DNA of 63,937 nt, the filler included, from Chiloscyllium plagiosum (Eukaryota), in assembly GCF_004010195.1 (NCBI RefSeq). It is 4 parts of 2 records of this genome, joined end to end, with 100 filler letters (N's around TTAATTAATTAA, not from the genome) between each part and the next. Parts side by side here need not be neighbours in the genome. Positions count along the whole stretch, not along the records: positions 24,535 to 43,252 come from NC_057715.1; 3 more parts are not named here. One strand, given 5' to 3'. Numbering within the stretch: the stretch's first letter is position 1; each line of letters starts with the position of its first letter. The translations under genes were made by a program, and so were the position numbers. This document shows, piece by piece, positions 26,801 through 40,000 of the stretch. The notes under the pieces were generated by a model, which saw only the letters and a list, made by a program, of their open reading frames with translations, did no database searches and was not told the origin of the DNA.

Positions 26801-28279
26801 TTTGCAAAACTGCTCACAAGAGAGAACCTGTGAGGGCTCAGCTGGAGCACTGTCATGCATTTTCTGAAAGGTTATTTACATCTCTTTGCAAAATATGTCT
26901 TATTAAAGTTCATGCTGCAGTGTGAAATGTTCCTGGCAACCAAAATGGTTGCGTGGAACAGACTGCTTCCCATAGCTGAGAATTCTCCCCCTCTACCCCT
27001 ACTAATACACCTCTGGAACTTGTTATTTCATAGAATGCATACTGCGAATACGTGCAGAGTTAACAGATATATATCCAGCCTCGATGTTATCACCGTTTCA
27101 AAATAAAAAGTGCGAAAGTAGTTTGAAGTGATATAGTTCAAACCTTGAACAAAAATAAAGAAAGATAAAAGAAAGGAAGGCAGCTCATCACCACCTTCTC
27201 AAGAGCAGCTAGGGATGGGCAATTAATACTGGCCACCTGGTGATGCCCATATTCCATGAGTGAATTTAAAAAACTGATGAAAATACCCAGGATGGAGGTG
27301 AATGGTGTTATATCTAATCTACTCTTTGGGGAATGGATATATATACATTTCCCTGTAGTCCTTATGGGTCTAAGTCAAATAAGTTTGGGCAGTCCCTGTT
27401 TAGTTTCCACAGAGCAAGCATGGATATCTCAAAACTATCCCTAATTTGCCATTATTTACAAAAGCAGAAAAAGATTTTAAATTGCTGAATCAGCTTCAGA
27501 TGGAATAGTGTGCTGAATTTTGCAAGAATACAACTTAAGGGGAAAACCACCACTCATACTGCATGAGAGGAGAATGAAGATCACTTGGCGAGTAGACTAT
27601 GTTTGGTAGAGATGGTGCCATAAGACTGCAACCATAAATGTTGTTAAAAGCAAGCCTTTATTTATTTTTTAAACTGGACAGGTTGCTTCTGATTGATCAG
27701 TCCCTGAGAAATGGACCAACACATGGCTGGTACCTATATCATTGGGTTAAAGAGATACAGCATGAGTAAATGTTCTTCTCATCTTTAAAGAATAATGCCC
27801 TGATAATATATGTACCTTCAGGTGCTTATGACACTGCAAACCCAACTGACAAACCTAAACTGGTTGTCAGTGAAATTCCTCACACATTCAGGATTATCCA
27901 ACAAATGTCCAATTGCAGAGCCACGCCTAATATTGGACACTGTTGCACAAATTCAGACAAATTCTGCTCACTTCAAGATGTGCATAAGTAGGACACAGTT
28001 ATAGAGCAGCAAGAAAACTTGTGAAAAGTGTATAACACAACAGAGGAAACTGTATTATAAGAGATAAATAATGCATTCCCAAGGGAAATTGGTGATGCAG
28101 CACCTCGCGTTTGACAGAACCTGTTAATGTCAATGAATATCTTATTGGTTTTAGGTTCAATACAGGGGAAAGAATCACTATCTTGTCAGATTGTATACAA
28201 TGGCTAAAAACAAAAATGTGACAGTCTACAAAGGTGAAACTAGATAATCCAGATGGAAAATCTTCTCAGACTAAAGATA

Positions 28280-29510
28280 CATAGGAACATACAAAATATT
28301 AAAGTAGACAATTCAACCACTTGAACCAACTGTGCCCTTCAATAACATCATGAGTGATCAGTTTGAATTCCACATTCACATCTAATCCCAAAAGCTCTCG
28401 ATTCTGCTGCCTAACATGAATCTGTCCATTTCTGTATTAAAAATATTCAATGACCCTGCCATCTCAAACATAAAGTCACACAATCCTCTGAGAGAAAAAA
28501 ATGTTCATTTTGATAAAGCAGACTATGACTTGAACAGAGAGCAACTGTAGAATTCACAGAGTCATAAATAAGGAGACCAAAATTTCACACAATTTTTGAG
28601 ATGATAAATGCCCTATACAGCTGAAACATAATGTGCTTACTCATTTGCTCAATTCTTCTCATAATTTAGGATAGCATTCCATTGGCTTCTTCATTATGTG
28701 CTGTCCCTACGTGGTAACATTTTGTGACTCATGCACCAAAACACCTAAGTCCTTATTTATAAGTGATTGAATTCTGCAGTCATTCTCCATTTAAGTAAAG
28801 CTCTGCTCTTTTGTTCTTTCCGTCAAAATGAACAATTTTGTTTTCTCACATTATACTTCACCTTCCAGACTTTTGCCCACTCACTCAGCACATCTGTATC
28901 CTATCTCTATCTATCTGCAGCTTCCCATCTCTTCTTCACAGCATAGAAACATGGAAGCTAGAAACAGCAATAGACCCATTCGGCCCTTGGAGCCTGTTCT
29001 GCCAATCAACACTATCATGGTTGATCCTTTATCATACTTAAGCTTTCTCTCCATATATCTGGTAACATTAAAACCTAAACATTGACCATACAATATTCTT
29101 TCCAACCAATTTTTCTGCCATCTGTAAATTTAATCAGCATGCCTTGGTTCCCTTCATTTAAGTCATTGATATAAATTGCAAAACATTGAGGACCCAGCAG
29201 TGACACTTATGGGTTCTACTCATCATGTGCTGCCAATCAAAGACTATTTAATGCATATTTTTTGATTTCTGCCAGTCAGCTAATTTTCTTTCCATACATT
29301 CATGTCTTGCCCCCTCCAGCATGAGCTTTTAGTTTTTATAATTACCTTTGATGCAGCAGCTTACCAGTTGCCTTCTGAAAATCCAAGTATTGTACGTGTT
29401 TAAACCCCTTTTTATCTACAGCACATTAGTCCTTCAGCAAACTCCAATACATTGTGAAAACACAATTTCCTTTTAACATAATCGCGATGGCTGTTCTTGA
29501 TTAATTTTCT
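28280..29510 (-). mobile_element. Old CR1 RT remnant
   Basis: Degenerate but collinear with CR1 RT segments elsewhere in the window. Confidence 0.6.
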
Positions 29511-29517
29511 AAGTGCC

Positions 29518-29856
29518 CAGCCCTCCCACTCCACCACATCTCAGATTCAACCCTCTGACTCAGCTCCGCCCTCTGGACCTGACTTGTCTGTCCATCTTTT
29601 TATCCACCTATCCACTCCACACTTTCCACCAACTTGTCACAATCACCTCTTACCTTCACCCACCTATCACCATCCCAACTACCTTTCTCCACTCACCCTC
29701 CCCCACTCCCCCTCCACCCCTCCCCACCAATTTACTTCTCGGCTCCCTTCCTCCTCTCCAGCCCTGATGAAAGGTTAGGTTCGAAATGTCAATTCTCTTG
29801 CTCCTCAGATGCTGCCTGACCTATTGTGCTTTTTCCGGTGCCACACTTTATCGACG
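29518..29856 (+). mobile_element. Penelope 3' end/pLTR, family 1
   Basis: C-rich tract, then ctgatgaaaggttaggttcgaaatgtc and the gctcctcagatgctgcctgacc tail. Confidence 0.8.
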
Positions 29857-29932
29857 ATAACTTTATTTAGAGATGAATTCTAATACCTTCTACATGACAA
29901 TCATCAAGCTAATCGGCTTATGGTTTCCTGTT

Positions 29933-30141
29933 AGGCAAAAGTGAGGACTGCAGATGCTGGAGATCAGAGTCAAGATTAGAGTGGTGCTAGAAAAGCACAG
30001 CAAGTCAGGCAGCATCCGAGGAGCAGGAAAATCGACGTTTCGGACATTCCTGATGAAGGGCTTTTGCCCGAAACGTCGATTTTCCTGCTCCTCGGATACT
30101 GCCTGACCTGCTGTGCTTTTCCAGCACCACTCTAACCTAGA
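29933..30141. mobile_element. Fold-back Penelope pLTR pair with 16-bp TSD
   Basis: Inverted arms; cttatggtttcctgtt at 29917-29932 and 30142-30157. Confidence 0.88.
30047..30080 (+). ncRNA. Minimal type I hammerhead ribozyme motif
   Basis: CTGATGA(30050-30056)-A-GGGC TTTT GCCC-GAAA-CG-TC: both conserved boxes, 4-bp stem II, palindromic ACGT stem III and a GUC triplet. Stem I is weak. Confidence 0.7.
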
Positions 30142-30749
30142 CTTATGGTTTCCTGTTCTCTACCCACCCCCCCTCCCCCCCCCCCTTCTTGAATAAAGGG
30201 GTTATATTTGCTACTTTCCAGTCTGCTGGAGCTTTTCTTGAATCTCAGAAATTTTGAAAAATTAACACTAACACATCCAGTACCTTGTTCACAACATCTT
30301 GTAAGAGCCAAAAATGAAGTCCATATGGAAAGATGTCAGATCATGGTTCCATCAGTTTGTTTAATGCCACTTCTATATATTCTTCCAATACAAAGAACAC
30401 CAAAGAGTTGAAAACATCTGCATGCAGTGAAGTTGTCTCACTCTTCGACATGCATGCATGTCTTGACCAGAGTGTTCTCAAAGTCGCAACTAGGTACAAT
30501 TAACAGATGTATGCTATGTCTTCTTATTTTTCTACATTTTTGAATGTGTGCTGAAATACAAAAAGGACTACTTTGAAATAAAGACCTGAGAGAAGAATTC
30601 TTGTATCTTTCAAAAGCAAGTAAGTGGAACTCATTGTTTGTCATGTTTACACTGTTGCTTTGAGAGTGAAGGTCCAAAAGGCAATAGCCTAACCCCACTA
30701 GTGTGTGTCCAAAATGAGATTTGGCCAGCGACAGACTGCTGATTGGTGT

Positions 30750-30925
30750 CAAGATTAGAGTAGTGTTGGAAAAGCACAGCAGTTCAGGAATTCCTGATGA
30801 AGGGCTTTTTCCTGAAATGTCGCTTTTCCTGCTCCTCGGTTGCTGCCTGACCTGCTGTGCTTTTCCAGCACTACTCTAATCTTGACTCTAACCTCCAGCA
30901 TCTGCAGTACCCACTTTCGTTTTGT
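30750..30925. mobile_element. Fold-back Penelope pLTR element with 10-bp TSD
   Basis: tgattggtgt at 30740-30749 and 30926-30935; short inverted arm plus one full module. Confidence 0.8.
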
Positions 30926-31497
30926 TGATTGGTGTGTGGAGTTGTGACTAGCTGCAGATGTCAATGATGCCAACAGATGCCAACCAGATATCCTAATTTA
31001 ATCATAGTCTCATTTAGAATATCTTGTTGGCAGGAACAAATTGGATCCGTTAGCGTGCTGTACAACTTTGTGACTCTATGACTGCTTTCCGTGGCACAGA
31101 ATCCCACAGGTATCTGATTCAAATATGTAATAGCAATATGTTCACCAGGCTGTGTTGCTGTCTAGCCAACTTCAGTTAAAAGTTGAGGCCAAAACATTGA
31201 ATGTTTTCCAAAAGGGGTTAGATGTAGTTCTTAGAGTCAAAGGTGTCGAGGGGTTTGAGAAGAAAGTGGGAATAGAGTACTGAGTTGGATAAACAACCAT
31301 GTTCATACTGAGTGGTGAAGCAGCCTAGAAGGACTGAATGGCCTAGTCCTGCTCCTGTTTTCTGGGTTAGATTGTGTCAAAACAAACATTTGGGAAAAAC
31401 ATTTCAACTCTTTGTGTTCCAGGGAATAGTTATTCTCATGACAGAGATAATGCTATGCATGCAACAATCCTCAAGTAAATATGATTGAGGAGTATCG

Positions 31498-31550
31498 ATT
31501 AGATTAGATTAGATTAGATTAGATTAGATTAGATTAGATTAGATTAGATT
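31498..31550. repeat. (ATTAG)n microsatellite
   Basis: About 10 perfect units; the same motif as the HE1/LINE 3' tails. Confidence 0.95.
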
Positions 31551-32988
31551 CGCTGTTACATGTATTGAAATACAATGATAAGCATTGTTTTGGTTCTATT
31601 CACAAAGAGTCACAACTCGCCAGTGCCATCTTGGATTTCTGTTGATATTGCATGATATGGTGGATTCATCAATAAAACAATCACAGGGAGTAAATGAAGA
31701 TGTTCATCCGATAGAGAATAAAAATTTGCTTACACACAAGCTTCAAATCATCCCATGGAAGCCAGCGCTGAGATGATCAATATTCCCTGACACGGGACGC
31801 AACCAGAAAGAAATTAATTTGTGAAAAGATACAGAGTTCGATAAAACAGAAAATCCCATGCAGTAAATTCTTGAGTTTAGACGATTTTATGATGTTATGG
31901 GGCTGATTGAGATAGATGAATTTATAAATAGTAAGGGAATTGAGGGTTATGAAGAAAAGGTGGGAAAGTGAAGGTGAGGATTATCAGATTAGCAATAATC
32001 TCATTGAATGGCTGAGCAGCCTTAATGGACAAAATGGCCTACCTCTATTCCTAGGCCTAACTGGAAGAGCTCATCTGCAAAAGGAATTCAGGAGAGTAAA
32101 GGTAGTCCAGATAAGGTAGTGGTCTGATTACATGGTTTAATAGCAAAAATGTACCCAGTGAAGGTCATCGGAGATGTAAAGGATCCTCCGGTATAGAGAA
32201 ACTTTACAGAGCAACTAGGGTCAGATACAGAATCAAAGTCAACAGTACTCACATGAAAGACCTACCAATCTTCCAGGTCTGAGGAGAACATATCCTAGAA
32301 GAATTGTGAAACCTCAGGAATGTGTGAAATCAGGAGACATGGCTGGAGGGAAAATTGGGGTAGATGTCTTCTAAAGTAACGGTTCTGAAAGGGCTAATTT
32401 TAGAAATTGCATTAATCATCACTCAATCCAATGATATCTTAAGGACTTGGATGGAAAAAAGCAGAACACCTTAGGTTTGTGTGGGTTGAAGATCCATATT
32501 CAAAGCTCTCCTAAAAGTCTTAGTAACCATGTCTAACTTACTAAAGCAACCTTTACCTGATTGTTTTCATGCAATGAATACATCTTATTAAGATAAGAAC
32601 CAGTTCGCATTAAGACTTTGTGTCAATACTAGAGCTTTAAGAGATCCAATTTTTTAAGAAAGATTTTAAGACAGAGATAACTTGATGTCTTTTGGAAATT
32701 CATAAAGTAAACAGCTTAGGAGGTCTTGGATTTTTTAAAAATGTTGGAACAATAGAAGCAGCCTGAATGGTTGTGGTCAACTGCCCATATAACCAGGATT
32801 TTTCATTTCTTTGTGTTACAGTGGCAGCAGTTGTTGCTGGGTCTATTGCTGCAGTACATCTCTCTCTGCTGCACTGTCTCAGAGTTATTTCAATGTTTTT
32901 CCTCCTGAGTTGCTGGAGTTGCATGTGAGATAATCTGTTTCCTGAATTTGCCTTTTTGCCTAAGGTATTTTAGGGTAATGTTACCATA

Positions 32989-33226
32989 TTGTTGAAAATG
33001 TGTTGCTGGAAAAGCGCAGCAGGTCAGGCAGCATCCAAGGAGCAGGAGAATGGACGTTTCGGGCATGAGCCCTTCTTCAGGGAAGGCTCTTCAGCCCTTT
33101 CCTGAAGAAGGGCTCATGCCTGAAACATCGATTCTCCTGCTCCTTGGATGCTGCCTGACATGCTGCGCTTTTCCAGCAACACATTTTCAGCTCTGATCTC
33201 CAGCATCTGCAGTCCTCACTTTCTCC
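32989..33226. mobile_element. Fold-back Penelope pLTR pair with 13-bp TSD and two opposed hammerhead cores
   Basis: taatgttaccata at 32976-32988 and 33227-33239. Minus-strand CTGAAGAAGGGCTCATGCCCGAAACGTC at ~33053-33081; plus-strand copy at ~33101-33130. Confidence 0.88.
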
Positions 33227-33664
33227 TAATGTTACCATACTGTTTAGTAGTTAACTAATCTATTATTCTGTTAAGTTTTCCAATAAAGTTAAAGCTAAGC
33301 CAATTCTTTTCTTTTGCTTTTTTCTTTTGTTACATTTTAACTTGAGTGTATGAATAAATTTGCAGTTTAGAGTCATAGAGATATTTTGCTTAATGTTGAG
33401 TAGTTTGACCAATTGAACTGCATCTGGAATGCAGAATCTTACCTTTACCTTTAAAATGGCAAAGTTAGAGTCCAGGCTACCTTCTTCATATATTTTGACG
33501 GGGACAGATCGGATCCATAATATCTTACTGACAGTTTTCTTCTTCTATTGTAAATCTAGTAGGCCTTAGACTCAGCAGAAAAAGGAAGAAGAGCAGGAAC
33601 ATACCTCAACTACTCGCAGTTGGAATCAGAGCACATCCTATATGGTGAATTGAAATGCAGAATA

Positions 33665-33860
33665 CCACAAATGTGGATGCTGTAAATCAGAAACAGAAAC
33701 AGAAGTTGCTGGAAAAGCTCAGCAGGTCTGGCAGCTTCAGTGAAGAGAAATCAGAGTTAATGTTTTGGGTCCGGTGACCTTCCTCACAAAAGTTCCAAGG
33801 AAGGGTCACCAGACCTGAAATGTTAACTTTGATTTCTCTTCACAGATCCTGTCAGACTAA
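33665..33860. mobile_element. Fold-back element, family 3
   Basis: Same layout and sequence family as 8655-8880. Confidence 0.7.
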
Positions 33861-34159
33861 ATATCTGGTGTAGACATGCACACGCGTGAGCACACACACA
33901 CTTATCCAGTGACACTGAAGGAATGACAAAATATTTCCAAGTCAAAAATGGTGAGAGGTTTGGAGGGAAAGCTTGCAGGCGATGGTGTTTCCATGGATCT
34001 ACTGCCCTTGTCCCTCGAGGTAGCAAAGGTAGCTGGTTTGAAAAGTCCTAATGAAGGACCGTGGTGAATTGGGGCAACGTCTTTGGGAAATGGTATTCAA
34101 TGCCACCACTATGCATCAGTGCTGGAGGGTGCCGTTGGTGTCAAAACTAGGAAATATAG

Positions 34160-35225
34160 AAATTAGGAGCAGAAATCGATTTTTGGCTCATTGAGCCCAT
34201 TTCACCATTCAATATACCAATGGCTGATACTCGATCTCGAAACCACACTCCTGCTCTTTCTACATACCCTTGGACTCATTTAGTGGTGAGAAATAACTTT
34301 ATTTCTTTCTTGCCTATATTTAGTGATGGATGAATGTCAGTCAAAGAGATCTGCTTTTGACTAAAAGGTTTCAAACTTCTTGAATGTTAGTGGAGCTGCA
34401 CTTATCCATCACCTGGGGAGTATTATATCACACTCCTAACGTGTGCCTTATATTTAACTATGTCTTAAAAATGCATGATGTTTTGGCCTCAACTAGTGAA
34501 GTCCATAGTCTCACCATAGAATCATAGTCATAGAGATGTACAGCATGGAAACAGAGTCTTTGGTCCAACTCGTCTATGCCGACTAGATATCCTAACCTAA
34601 TCTCGTCCCATTTGCCAGCACTTGGTCGATATCCCTCTAAACCCTTCCTATTCATATGCCCATTCAGATGCCTTTTAAATGTTGTAATTGAACCAGCCTC
34701 CACCACTTCCTCTGGCAGCTCATTCCATGCATGCACCACCATCTGGGTGAAGACATTTCTTCTCATCTCACTCCTAAAAGATTTAACCTTTATCCTTAAA
34801 CTATGACCCCTGATTTTAGACTCCGCCACCATTAGGAACAATCCTTCCTGCTTCTAATCTTTCAAATCCTATTTGAAATGTATACATTTCTATTAGGACT
34901 TCGCTCTCGCCTCATTCTTCTGAACTCAACTGAATACAATTCTAGGCAGAAGTGGGTACTGCAGATGCTGGAAATCAGAGTCTAGATTAGAGTGGTGCTG
35001 GAAAAGCATTTGCCTGAAATGTCGATTTTCCTGCTCCTCGGATGCTGCCTGACCTGCTGTGCTTTTCCAGCACCTCTCTAATCTAGACTCTGAATACAAT
35101 TCTAACCGACTCAATCTCTCTTGCCATCTCAGGAATCAATTTAGTAAATTTTTGTTGCACTCCTTCTATAGCAAAAAACATCTTTCCTCAGATAAGGAGA
35201 CCAAAACTGTACACAATATTCCAGG
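34160..35225 (-). mobile_element. CR1 3' fragments, nested (younger copy at ~34518-34745)
   Basis: RGHSLRIKVKSFRSEMRRNVFTQ joined to a younger 3' UTR copy. Confidence 0.8.
34945..35089. mobile_element. Fold-back Penelope pLTR element with 15-bp TSD
   Basis: ctgaatacaattcta at 34930-34944 and 35090-35104. Confidence 0.85.
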
Positions 35226-35476
35226 AGTTACTCATTGTGGAATTCATAGTCTCTGATCAGCTCTTGCAGCCATAGTATTTACCGGGGAATCTCTATGTCT
35301 TACAACCGATGTCCCACATTGCACGATAGTTCAGCTCCTCACATTGTCTTCTGCGAGATATACAATTTGATATTTGTTTTCCTTGGGTTCTGAAATCATT
35401 TTCTTACCAAGTGTGGAAGAAATGAAGTTATTGTTAAGTTGTGAGATGTGTTTTAAGTATTTTCTGAGGTGTTTTG

Positions 35477-35563
35477 TGTTTGTGTGTGTGTCTGTGTGTG
35501 TGTGTGTGTGTCTGTGTGTGTGTGTGTGTGTGTGTCTGTGTGTGTGTCTGTGTGTCTGTGTGT
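35477..35563. repeat. (TG)n microsatellite with TC interruptions
   Basis: Seen directly in the sequence. Confidence 0.95.
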
Positions 35564-37077
35564 GAGATTGCTTACTCTCTAAGAGAAGCAATCAACCAGG
35601 AAGGAACGTTCACACCCAGCAATGTTCCATGAAAGTTATTATCATTTTCTCATCATGTCTGATGTGTATTTCGATTCTCTCATCGCTGTGAAATACACTG
35701 CCCAGCTGTTTCCACAGACTGCACCAATCAGGCCTCCTGCTTACCCTCATCATGACAATTGCTCTCTCCAGTGTTAACTCTTAATGCAGCCACAACGGGA
35801 TATGCCCGGTGCTCGTGCTTTGAGTTTTAAATTTCACACACAGATGAAAGTCATTGATGAACATGGTGGTTTGAAAGTGTGAGACAGCAAAATAATGGAA
35901 GTATTAAATAGAAAGAAGCGACAAAAATGAGTAATGGAGTTGGGGGGAATCCTGCTATGATCTTGTGCCAGGTTTTGCATCAGCATTGAAACATGCAACT
36001 CGAGCCATTCATTTCCACCTCGGCTTGCTCATGGACATCCTGTGAATCTTTATACAGGGACTTGCTGTGTTTCCAGAGCCTCTCTGTGATTGGTGGGGTG
36101 TTTGGGTGGCAAGTGGTCAGGATACTTGGGCAGGGGAGGGACTCGGGGCCATAGTAAGAAAAAGCAGGGGTTTCAGGGATACGGATTGCAGAGAGGTCAA
36201 GGGGTGAGTCTCAGAGACCAGGAAGGGAACCAGTGGCATTGGAGTTGGTAAGGGCTTGTTGACAGTAGATCTCCTAGAAATGGAGGTTTCATGGAGTGAC
36301 AACTGGAGGATTTTGGAACAGGGGGTGATTTCTGAGTTTTTGGAGTTGATTCAAGGCCTCAACAGCGAGCGGTGTCGATCAGAGGGAGATTCCAAGGACT
36401 GGGAAGGCACGGGGAGGTGGGTTTGCAGAATGTTTGACTGCTGGGGTTTGACGCAGCAAACATACTGGACTCTGAAGGTAAATTGAAAGACCCTTTAGTT
36501 GGTGGATCTCTTGAGGGCCATTAAAAAAGAGGCATGGGGACTCAATAAAACATTTCAATCATTAAACCTCCTCCTGGCATTGGATTTACTGCCCACCCAT
36601 TACTGTACCACACCAAACCTTCCTCCATTAAAACCAGAAATAGATGGGTGGGTGGTGATTCAGGGCTAGGATGCAGAGTTTTAACACTTCGGCCAATCTG
36701 TTTTTGAGGCTCATATTCTGTTGGCAGTGTCTGAAGCAAGAGGCCAGATTGGGAAAGTGCCAGGTGGGTAGGGGGTAAGGTGGCAGGTAAGTAGGGTGTC
36801 AAGTAGATAGGCTGCTAAGTGGGTAAGCAGTGGAGTAACAAGGAGGTGAGATACCAAGTGGTACACTTGTGGCAGCTTGCTGAAAACAGAATCCAAGTAG
36901 TCCTGGTTTGTCTGAAATCTTTATTTCTCTTTCAAATATTTAATCATCTTTGCTTTTAAAAACAAAGTGGTGTCCACTGATTCTGCTAAGTACTCAAAGT
37001 CCGAAAAAGGTATCTGCATTAAAGATTCTGGCTGATCTAAGGAATGCAATATAAAATTAAATACACCTGGCCACACG

Positions 37078-40000
37078 GAACATAGAACATTACAACACAG
37101 TACAGGCCTTTCAGCTCTCGATCTGTGAAACCAATCTGAAGCCCATCGATCATCTACTATTCCACTTCCATCCATATGTTTATCCAATGACCATTTAAAT
37201 GCCATTAAACTTGGAGAGTCTACTACTGTTGCACGCCCCTACTGAGTAAAGAAACTACCTCTGACATCTGTCCTATATCTGTCACCCGTCAATTTAAAGC
37301 TATGTCCCCTCGTGCTAGCCTTTACCAGCCTCACACTGTCCACCATATCTGATTATCTTATAAGTTTCAATTAAGTCACCTCTCAACATTCTTCTCTCTA
37401 ATGAAAACAGCCTCATGTTCCTTAGCCTTTCGTTATAAGAACTTCCCTCCATACCAGGCAGTATTCTAGTAAATTAGGAGAATCTAGTAAATGAGGACTG
37501 CAGATACTGGAGATCAGAGTCGAGAGTGTGGTGCTGGAAAAGCTCAGCAGATCAGGCAGCATCCAAGGAGCAGGAGAATCGACATTTTGGGCATAAACCT
37601 TTCCTGATGAAAGGCATATGTCTGAAATGTCGATTCCCCTTTCTCCTTGGATGGTGCCTGACCTGCTGAGCTTTTCCAGCACTGCACTCTCGACCCCAAC
37701 ATCCTAGTAAATCTCTTCTGAACCCTTTCCAAAGCTTCCACATCGTTCTTATGATGCGGTGGCCAGAACTGTACGCTGTACTCCAAGTGTGGCTGCACCT
37801 GAGTTTTGTTCAGCTGCAGCATGACCTCGATCCCTCCACCAATAAAAGCTAACACACCGTATGCCTTCTTAACAACCCTGTCAACCTGGGTGACAACTTT
37901 CAGGGATCTATGCACATGGACACTGAGATCTTGCTGCTCTTCTACACCACCAAGGATCTTACAATGAACCCAGTACTCTGTATTCCTATTACTCCTTCCA
38001 AAGTGAATCACCTCATGCTTTTTCACATTAAACTCCATTTGCCACCTCTCAGCCCAGCTCTGTAGCTTAGCTATGTCCCTCTGTAACCTGTAACATCTTT
38101 CAGCACTATCCATAACTCCACCAACTTTAGTGTCATCCGTAAATTTACTAACCAATCGTTCTATGTCCTCATCTAGATCATTTATAAAAATGACAAACAG
38201 CAGTGGCCCCCAAAACAGATCCTTGCAGCACACCATGAGTAACTGAACTCCAGGATAAACATTTCCCATCAACCACCACGCTCTGTCTTCTTATAGCTAG
38301 TCAATTTCTCATCCAAATCACTAAATCACCCTCAATCCTATGCTTCTGAATTTGTGCATCAAATTTCTTACAAAAATCCATATACATCAACAGCTTTACA
38401 CTCATCCACCCGATTGGTCACCATCTCAAAGAACTCAATAAGGTTTGTGAGGCATGACCAGCTCTTCACAAAACTGTATTGATTATCCCTAATCAACTTA
38501 TTCCTCTCTAAATGATTTGACATCCTATCCCTTATAACCTTTTCCAACACTTTAACCACAACTGAAGTAACACTCACTGGTCGATAATTTCCAGGGTTGT
38601 CTCTACTTCCCTTCTTGATCAAGGGGGCAACATTTGCTATCCTCCAGTCTTCTGGCACTATTCCTGTAGGCAATTATGACATAAAGGTCAAAGCCAAAGG
38701 CTCTGCAATCCCCTCCCTGGCTTCCCAGATATTCCTAAGATAAATCCCATCTGACCCAGGGGACTTATCAATTCTCACAATCTCCAGAATTGCTAACACC
38801 TTCTCCTTGTGAAACTCAGTCCCATAAACGACCTGATCAGATGTACCCTAGAACTCTGTGGGAAGCTAGGGAAGTGATTGCTGAGCCTCTTGCTGAGATA
38901 TTTGTATCATTGATACTCACAGGTGAGGTGCCAAAAGACTGGAGGTTGGCTAATGTGGTACCACTATTTAAGAAAGGTGGTAAGGACAAACCAGGGAACT
39001 GTAGACCAGTGAGCCTGACCTCAGTGTGGACAAGTTGTTGGAGGGAATCCTGAGGGACAGGATGTACATACATTTGGAAAGGCAAGGACTGATTAGGAAT
39101 AGTCACCATGGCTTTATGCATGGGAAATCATGTCTCACAAACTTGATTGAGCTTTTTGAAGAAGTAACAACAAGGATTGATGAGGGCAGAGCGTGATTTA
39201 TATGGATTTCAGTAAGGCATTCAACAAGGTCCCCCATGGGAGACTGATTAGCAAAGTTAGATCTCATGGAATACAGGGAGAACTAGCCATTTGGATACAG
39301 AACTGGCTCAAAGGTAGAAGACAGAGGGTGGTCGTGGAGGGTTGTTTTTCAGACTGGAGGCCTGTGACAAGTGGAGTGCCACAAGGATCAGTGCTGGGTC
39401 CTCTACTTTTTGTCATTTACATAAATGATTTGGATGTGAGCATAAGAGGTACAGTTAGTAAGTTTGCAGATGGTACCAAAATTGGAGGTGTCATGGACAG
39501 CGAAGAAGGTTACCTCAGATTACAACAGGATCTTGATCAGATGAGCCAATGGGCTGAGGAGTGGCAGATGGAGTTTAATTTCGATAAGTGTGAGGTGCTG
39601 CATTTTAGGAAAGCAAATCTTAGTAGGACTTACACACTTAATGGTAAGGTCTAGAGAGTGTTACTGAACAAAGACACCTTGAAGTGCAGGTTCATAGCTC
39701 CTTGAAAGTTAAGTTGCAGGTAGATAGGATAGTGAAGAAGGCGTTTGGTATGCTTTCCTTTATTGGTCGGAGTACTGAGTACAGGAGTTGGGAGGTTATG
39801 TTGCGGGTGTACAGGACATTGGTTAGGCCACTATTGGAATATTGCATGCAATTCTGGTCTCCTTCCTATCGGAAGGATGTTGTGAAACTTGAAAGGGTTC
39901 AGAAAAGATTTACAAGGATGTTGCCAGGGTTGGAGGGTTTGAGCTATAGAGAGAGGTTGAACAGGCTGGGGCTGTTTTCCTTGGAGCGTCAGAGGTTGAG

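Noticed and set aside
31590..32370. Possible Gypsy integrase tail (LRRTYPRRIVKP) followed by a purine tract and TGT
   Set aside because: Too degenerate; no catalytic motifs seen.
35331..35591. His/Thr-rich and Cys/Val-rich ORFs
   Set aside because: They are translations of the (TG)n microsatellite.
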